64,000 nt of DNA from Octopus bimaculoides (taxonomy: Eukaryota). Within the stretch, counting starts at the first letter, position 1. Each line of letters opens with the position of its first letter. The position numbers and the translations under genes are program-made. Below the pieces are notes generated by a model. That model did not search any database. It was not told the origin of the DNA and saw nothing but the letters and a program-made list of their open reading frames with translations. Positions 55,538 through 64,000 of this stretch are shown here, piece after piece. The stretch spans positions 6,182,241-6,246,240 of the forward strand of contig NC_068995.1 in NCBI RefSeq assembly GCF_001194135.2. The letters run 5' to 3'.

Positions 55538-56328
55538 CTTGGATATGTTTACGAATATTTTTTCTTACATGTTATCACGCTATCTCTTTTAAATCGTTTG
55601 TAAAATCACAAACGCTAAACTCAGTATCGCTTCAAGTCGCTTTTGGTTCTTATAAAATGTACAAAATATGTACTAAATGACTAAATAACGTTTTCTTTGC
55701 AAATATAAACACACACACACACACTCACATACACACACATACACACACAGGTACGGACGCACATGAACACGCACACACATTTGTATATACACCATAAGAA
55801 CATGCTCATACATAATAATTGTAATGGATTATTCCACACAAACCCATATCAAATAATATGGCTGATTTCATGAGCAATCCAAAGTAACAATAGCCAACTT
55901 CTATGAAATATTATTCAAGTTCAGGTAACCGAATAAAGCATTCTGCGTCCAATGCTACTTTTGAATGCCGAATACCCATTGAAGGAACAACACCAAAACC
56001 AGCCGTTGAAAATCTTCCTTGTACTGTAATTGGTGAAGTAGTCTCTGTACAATGGGACTGTGACTGATGTAAGAAACATCACTCATATCTGGGATATACA
56101 TGAATAACACAATCTGATATAGATGTGTGTGTGTGTGTGTGAGTGAGGGCAGGATTGCGTGTGTATACGTGTGTATGGACATGCATGTGAATGAGTGCGT
56201 GAGTGGTTGCGGGTGTGACTGAGTGCATGTCGGTATGTGTGAGTGAATGCGTGTGAGGATATGAGAGTGAGTGAGTATGGAAGTGTGTGAGTTCGCGGAA
56301 AATGTGGGAATTGGTGCGCAGGAGTGTC

Positions 56329-56414
<86 letters not shown>

Positions 56415-56740
56415 TGTGTGTGCGTGTATGCCTGCATGAGCGTATGCCTGTGTGAGTGTATGCTTGCGTGAGTGTACGCCTGCATGATCATGAATTTTTT
56501 GTTTGTGTGAGTGTTTGTGCAGGTAAAGTCAGAGATAGAGAGAGTTGGGGACCAATACCTGAGACCAAAACAGGTATATTACAGGTATCTGATCAAAAAT
56601 AAATTCGTATACATACACCATGTTTGAGGTTTGCATTGATAAGTAAAGCTAACTTTCTACTCTCACAAGATTTAATCCGGCTATTTTACTTCTCATCGCT
56701 TTGCCATCGACTATTTCTATACACACAGCTATAATATAAA

Positions 56741-56817
<77 letters not shown>

Positions 56818-57892
56818 GTGCTTATAGTATGACTGTGTGTATAGAAATAGTACGTGTATATATGTGTGCGCACATCTGTATTATGAACACAACCTATGTA
56901 CTCACCTCTATGGATGCATCTAGATATACATACATTTGTATCGACGCATATGTCCATATGAATGTTTGTGTACCTATATACGCATGTGCGCGCTTATAAT
57001 ACTCACCTCTTTCTCTCTACGTTTTTCACATATCTAAGTCCTTTTAATGGTGGATCCATGCACGTAATTCTCTTCTAATCGTTTGTGTCGCCCTTTATCT
57101 CTGCCTGATTTATTGTATGTAAGGACATAATAAGATTTAGAAGCAAAGTCGATGTAAGGTAGAATGATACAGTAGAGAGAGCGAGGGGCGGGTGGATAGG
57201 GGTGCGGAGTTGTAATTGAAATAGACAAGGCCTAATATACAACGGTCATATGAAAGATTGCACACTTCCCTGAGTGTCTAGAAAGCTAACTAATGACCGT
57301 GGCAATTATTAACTGGCAACATACAACTGTATATTGTCTATACGCCTTATTGAGTGCTCTTTCTGCAGTGTGTATACTCACATAGGTGCGAAAACGCTAG
57401 TATAGGGGAAAATAACGATACGTGGTTATAGAAATCAATTTCCCAGTAGATGCTGACATACTGACAGAGAAAACGATGACAATTACAATGAACTAATACA
57501 TGTGTACTTTATCTACACGAGGTGTAACTTTAGATTTCGCCCTGTAATTATAGAAACATTTAAATACCTCACCCCTTTTCTACTAAAAGTACAAGACGTG
57601 AAACGGATCTAGTCAAATTATATCCAACCAGTAATATAGAAATGCGAATTTGATTTCAGAACGTAAAGACGGATGATATACCGCTAAGTATTTTTTCCGG
57701 TGTGATAATGGTTCTCTCAGCTTGTCACATTGTTTAGATACTTAAACGGTTGTCTCAGCAGTTAGGTTTCTTGAGAAACTAGGCTTAACCAGAAAAAACA
57801 GACAAAAACAAAGATTATTAGGAAATTACAGCATTGTGAAGGTTTGTAAAACATTCCAGAAGGTTAGTATTTAATAAGTTCATATGTACATG

Positions 57893-58220
57893 AAGGCACA
57901 TGGCTCAGCGGTTAGAGCGTGGGGCTTACAATCATGAGGTAGTCAGTTCGATTCCTGGACCGGGCTATGTGTTGTGTTCTTGAGTAAGATACTTTATTCC
58001 AAGTTGCTCCGGTTCACGCAGTTCACTCAGAAATGAGTTGCGACGTCACTGGTGCCAAGCCGAATCGGCTCTTTTGCCTTTCTCTTGGATAACATCTGTT
58101 ATATGGAGAGGAGAGACTGGTATGCAGGGGCGACTGCTGGTCTTCCATAAACAACCTTACCCGGACTTATGTCGCGGAGGGTACCTTTCTCGGTGCAATT
58201 CCATGGTCAATCACGACCAA
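57893..58220 (+). mobile_element. tRNA-derived SINE type 3 with recognisable Pol III A and B boxes
   Basis: A box tggctcagcgg (57901-57911) and B box agttcgattcc (57945-57955); the body is shared with 46385-46690. Confidence 0.85.
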
Positions 58221-59108
58221 CACGTGTCTTTATACACAGGTGGGAGATGTAAACGTAATGTATGCGTACACGTTTATAAGTCAGAATATACAGATATACG
58301 CATACGTCTACATTCATGTGTGTACATACATGTATGTGCATATATGTGTGTACATGCATGTACACACGGACACATAAATATATAAATGTACAAAATTACA
58401 TGCTGACGTGCATCTACGTTTGCATGCCACATATGGTCGCTTTCCTTGATATACAAGATTTAACAAAATGTATCCAACTTCATCTACAGCATTATCAGGA
58501 GGATTCCTATTTTTATGGTTCAAAGAAAAGGCATCTATACCCCACCACACACCGCCGCCTTAAATAAGATATTAGGGGTCCCCTGATAATATGTAGTTCA
58601 TAGACATCTTTCAGATAAATGCAAAACCTAATATAGTATATACTTCAAAATTAGAATAAACAAACACTGCCGTGCTGCGATTAGGTGTGGAGAGATTTTA
58701 ATAGTCACAGCATAAAAATTAGTTATGCTTGCACCACATGAAAAAGCGGAAGACGAGCGTAAATGTGATTTCAATTTGAAAAATCATATTTAACGTTTCT
58801 ATTAGTGGAAATGGAAATGAGAAATACGTGACACTCAAGTCATTTTATTACTATTTATGATAATTGACATTGTTTTCTTTGAGAAATCAATAGTTCTTAC
58901 TAAACTCCTTGTAGCTGTTAGCTTCTGTAAAAATAAAAAAGATAATACCGTAATATTCATGTCACCATTCACATCGTGATGGGCCACAAGAGGTCGGGCT
59001 GCCAGTTAAAAATAGCATCAAGATATCCATCAAAGCACACGCTATTTTCCTTAAAGAAATGAAGATCACGCCAGAAAGTAGTGGTGTGCACAAACACACA
59101 CACACACA

Positions 59109-59143
<35 letters not shown>

Positions 59144-59205
59144 CACGCACACACGCACGTACATACACACACACACACACATACACAAACGCACACGCAT
59201 ATAAG

Positions 59206-59602
59206 TAGCAGGCGTAGCTTTGTGGTAAAAAGCTTCCTTCACAACCACATGGTTCCGGATTCAGTCCCATTACATGGTACTTTGGGCAACTGTCCTGACT
59301 GGATTTGGTAGACGGAAACTGAAAGAAGCCTGTCGTATATATATATATGTGTATANNNNNNNNNNNNNNNNNNNNNNNNNNNNNNNNNNNNNNNNNNNNN
59401 NNNNNNNNNNNNNNNNGTGTGTGTGTGTATGTGTGTGTGTGTGTGTGTGCGTGTGTGTGTGTCTGCGTGTGTCTTTGTGTCTCTGTTTGCTCCCCCACTG
59501 AACCATCACTTGACAACCGATGCTCGTTTGTTTATGTCCCCGAAACTTAGCGGTTCAGCAAAAGGGATCGATAGAATAATTTCTAGAATTTGAAAGAATA
59601 AG
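59206..59602 (+). mobile_element. SINE type 2 with internal microsatellite, 3'-truncated
   Basis: Head aaccacatggttccggattcagtccca, then ggatttggtagacggaaactgaaagaagcc, (TA)/(TG)n with a gap, then cacttgacaaccgatgct...aacttagcggttcagcaaaagggatcgatagaataa. Confidence 0.85.
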
Positions 59603-59603
59603 C

Positions 59604-60010
59604 CCTAGGGAGATGATTGAGCATATCTAGGGACGACCCTTACGTAGCATTTGATATGCTTGAGGAATGGTTTTAAGAGGGTGTCTAAAAAGTTACTGAG
59701 GCGGTGGGTTTCGCATGCGAGACCTGCTATTATAGGTCTAAATTTGAGGTCATTAAAACTAGGGGCCTTGAGTACTATTTCTGTGGCTCCCATGCGTTAC
59801 TTATTTTTTTCACTTTTGTGTATCTTAGGACTACCGTAGTGTTGGTTGGATTTACTTTTGAAGTTAGTCTTATAATCGTATTCGTTGTCGGTGAGCCCTT
59901 TTCTGTATAGGTTCAACATAGGTTTTAGGTTTCTCATTATTTTCTGCTGACTGAAGTGTTGGACCTTTTCATGATATATTGTATTTCCTAATATGGATAA
60001 TACTAAGAGT
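59604..60010 (-). mobile_element. Penelope-like element (PLE) reverse transcriptase fragment, frameshifted
   Basis: Minus strand reads ...LYRKGLTDNEYDYKTNFKSKSNQHYGSPKIHKSEK / EIVLKAPSFNDLKFRPIIAGLACETHRLSNFLDTLLKPFLKHIKCYVR / DMLNHLP. This matches the PLE RT signatures YGxPKIHK, RPII, LxxxLKP and YVRD. Confidence 0.85.
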
Positions 60011-61166
60011 AAACAGTCTATGTCAAAGGATGGTTACATAGATCCCAGATTAAAATTCGGGAATACAGAAAAATAGCATTCAACGAGCACATCGACATTT
60101 GCGCCACTAACAAACAACCCAACTTTAGATTTTTTTCCCCTCTATAAATTCAGGGACGATGCAACCTGTTGTCAGTGCATTAGCGCAAAGAGTCCTATTT
60201 TATCGCAAAATATAAACCCCTTCTGAACGCGTCCAAAACAAATGGCACTACCACAAAGGCATTAGAATAATACCTGGGCAAATATTAAAAACGATACATT
60301 CAGAATAATCACTACCCAAGAATTTTTTCAGAACAATTCCAAGCACTACTTTTATAACCACAACATGTCACTTTTAGCTCATTTGACCATTTAACAGGAT
60401 TCCACCAACATCCTACTACTGTCATACCACTCCCGTATTTTTCTTATTCTTTATCTTCGTTTCCTACTCTCTCCTCCTCCTCCTCTTCCTCTTTTTCTTC
60501 TTCTTCTTCTTCCTCAGCTACTACTGCTTAAAAGATCAAAACCAAGGACTCACATCCTCATATCAAATATTCCTTTAGATCTGATACTGCCTACTTCATA
60601 AGAGTAAAAAAGAGGGAGAGAGAGACAGAATGAAAAAATGGAAAATGTCCCTTGTATTTGAGAACTATGGAAATATTTTCAAACAAGACATTTCATTTCG
60701 TTTTTCCACAATTTAATTGTTTTTCATGCTTTACTCCTAAGTTGAAAAAACACAAAGACTGAAACCGATACCAAAATTTTCTTCATAATAAAATAATTTT
60801 AGCATGTTCAACCTTGTCTTATTTTCCTTATACACACACACATATATATACACACTGTTCATTGCTTTTAAAATATCTTTAAGCATGGTGCGGGCGGACA
60901 AAAACCGACCTCGGGCTAAAGAACGACAACAGACGCAATATCATTCTGATTTAAAGCATCATTAGCTTCCTCAAGGAAAAAAAGTAACGTTCAAAGAGAG
61001 AAAACAATACAAGAAATACTGCAAATTTTACTTGTCAATTGTTACTCCATATTTTTCTATGGATATTATGAATCGTCTAAAACATCATGTGTANNNNNNN
61101 NNNNNNNNNNNNNNNNNNNNNNNNNNNNNNNNNNNNNNNNNNNNNNNNNNNNNNNNNNNNNNNNNN

Positions 61167-61201
<35 letters not shown>

Positions 61202-61743
61202 TGTATGTATGTATGAATGTATGTGCATAGGAACGATGCTTTTATTGCATTTAGCCTGATTTAGTGTTGCGTTTTTAAAAGGAAATGTTTCAATTTGAAA
61301 ACTATTGCAACATAATTGTGGACGGATAAAACAATTTTTCCAACGTGTAATTATAATATTGCGTGTGATTGCCAATGTAAGATTTACAATGTTATTGATA
61401 TACACAACTGGAGGGAGAGAAATATGGCGTGGCTAAATGGATTTGCATGCATAAATACACACACACACACACGCACGCACAGAAGCGTATAATGTACAAC
61501 ACAAAAAAACACGTGTATGTATATGTATAGATATGCCTGTGTGTACGATCACACACCCCCACACACATATATATATATACATACATATATATATATATAT
61601 ATATATGTACCACAAACTTATAATAACACACATACATTCAATTATAGAAAAAAACACGTGTATGTATGTGTATTTTTCTGTGTGTGTGTGTGTGTGTGTG
61701 GGTGCGTGTGTTTATATTTACTATTTTTTTCAGATAAATGTGA

Positions 61744-61834
<91 letters not shown>

Positions 61835-63396
61835 TATATACATATATATACATATATATATGTATACACACACGCACGCATATACGTACACACATTTATA
61901 GACAAAATACGTATATACATGTAATATGTAGATGCGCATGTATGTGGTTTTGTACTCTGTGTGCATCTATATATGAACTTATACTCCTACGATTGTGTGT
62001 ATGCATGAAGCACGTACATATCATAAATCAACTTGATATGATATTAGCATGTAAAATTCTTTTTAGATGTCAGCGTAGGCTTATACACCGTCATCTGCAT
62101 ATGAACTACAAAGCATACTATTTACAGTACACAAAGTACCATATAGAGCATAGAAAATATGTAACACTCTTCATACAACATTCACCAGACAAGACATTAT
62201 ACACATTATGCACGGTTAAGTCCAACATATTGTGTCATCCCATAAATAATGCGGTTTTTTTTATACTACTTTTACTTTTCAAAATTAAGATAAACAAAGT
62301 TCCTTTTTAATCTAAGATATACACTCCTTCGTTTTCTACAANNNNNNNNNNNNNNNNNNNNNNNNNNNNNNNNNNNNNNNNNNNNNNNNNNNNNNNNNNN
62401 NNNNNNNNNNNNNNNNNNNNNNNNNNNNNNNNNNNNNNNNNNNNNNNNNNNNNNNNNNNNNNNNNNNNNNNNNNNNNNNNNNNNNNNNNNNNNNNNNNNN
62501 NNNNNNNNNNNNNNNNNNNNNNNNNNNNNNNNNNNNNNNNNNNNNNNNNNNNNNNNNNNNNNNNNNNNNNNNNNNNNNNNNNNNNNNNNNNNNNNNNNNN
62601 NNNNNNNNNNNNNNNNNNNNNNNNNNNNNNNNNNNNNNNNNNNNNNNNNNNNNNNNNNNNNNNNNNNNNNNNNNNNNNNNNNNNNNNNNNNNNNNNNNNN
62701 NNNNNNNNNNNNNNNNNNNNNNNNNNNNNNNNNNNNNNNNNNNNNNNNNNNNNNNNNNNNNNNNNNNNNNNNNNNNNNNNNNNNNNNNNNNNNNNNNNNN
62801 NNNNNNNNNNNNNNNNNNNNNNNNNNNNNNATATATATATATATATATATACACATTTAAAGGTGTAATAATGAAGTCAAACGAAATAGTGATATATAAT
62901 AGTTAATAGCATGCTGTTATGATCTGGATCTGGTTGATCTCATCGAATGATAGGGAGCATGCACGATCAATTATGATAAACAATTAAATGCTATTTCACT
63001 CAATGCATAGATCCTGAGTTCGCCTCCTTTGATTTCATACAGTATACAGACGAACTGAAAAGTATACATATGTTAAAGTATACATATATAAAAGCATTTA
63101 GTGCGCTTTACACCCCCACATTGCACATGGGGGAAAATCTGCGTAAGAATAACTGTCACTCATTAATATGTACAACATATGACTTAAATATAAATCAGCA
63201 AAGTGCACATTAGTGTTTTATCAAAGGACACTAGAACACTTATCCAGAAGAAACACGTGTCGGAATGAAATTTATTGAGAATAATGATTTATATATAAAT
63301 TTTGAAGATGTATAACTCTCCAGATAGATAGACAGAGAGACAGACAGACAGACAGAGACAGATAGATGGACAGACAGATAGACAGATAGATAGATT

Positions 63397-63450
<54 letters not shown>

Positions 63451-63773
63451 CATATGTATCCTGCAGTTTGATTTTCCCTGTGGTGCCACACTGGATACGG
63501 AGCAGATGTGAGGAACTTTCCATTGACTTGCACTTTTATACATATTAGTGTGTGTGTGTGTGGGAGAAGTGATATGTTTACCTGCATATTTGTGTAAATG
63601 CCTGTTCATAATGACAAAATCTACAACAATTACAGTAGTGACATTCGGTTTGTAATAAGACAACTGAAATATACACATAGTTACATATAATTCCTGTAAA
63701 AATACATATGCGTTTACCTACTTGCCAGCACGCAATAGCACACTCTCAAATATTATATTTCATGAAAATATAT

Positions 63774-63810
<37 letters not shown>

Positions 63811-64000
63811 ACACATACACACACACACACACAAACGCGCGCGCGCACGCACACACACTGCGGCACACTCCGACACATAGGCAATTCATAATGCGTGCAT
63901 ATGCACAGATATGCGCAGGAATATATCCAAACGTTTTTCTGCGAATATATTTGCACACATTCATACACATACATATATATATACATACATATATATATAT

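Noticed and set aside
57895-57965. tRNA gene
   Set aside because: The head continues into a repeated SINE body, and the acceptor and anticodon stems do not pair well.

Overview
Eukaryotic, very AT-rich and microsatellite-saturated genomic DNA from a short-read scaffold. It has about 25 N-gaps (about 10% of the window), most of them bounded by (TA)n or (CA)n tracts. The repeat families present resemble octopus (cephalopod) SINEs and mariner MITEs, so the source is probably an Octopus-type genome; this is recognition from memory, not a database result. No complete gene, rRNA, true tRNA or CRISPR array is visible. Almost all long ORFs in the track are artefacts of simple repeats or N-runs. Supported content: (i) many copies of modular tRNA-derived SINEs; (ii) two decayed Tc1/mariner transposase relics and three short non-autonomous DNA elements; (iii) a Penelope-like reverse transcriptase fragment; (iv) a ~400 bp fold-back element whose loop holds a degenerate hammerhead-like motif; (v) a short interstitial (TTAGGG)n tract and several minisatellites; (vi) a few low-confidence small-exon candidates on the + strand that could belong to a large-intron gene. 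I found no clearly novel system; the leads below are mostly inference.
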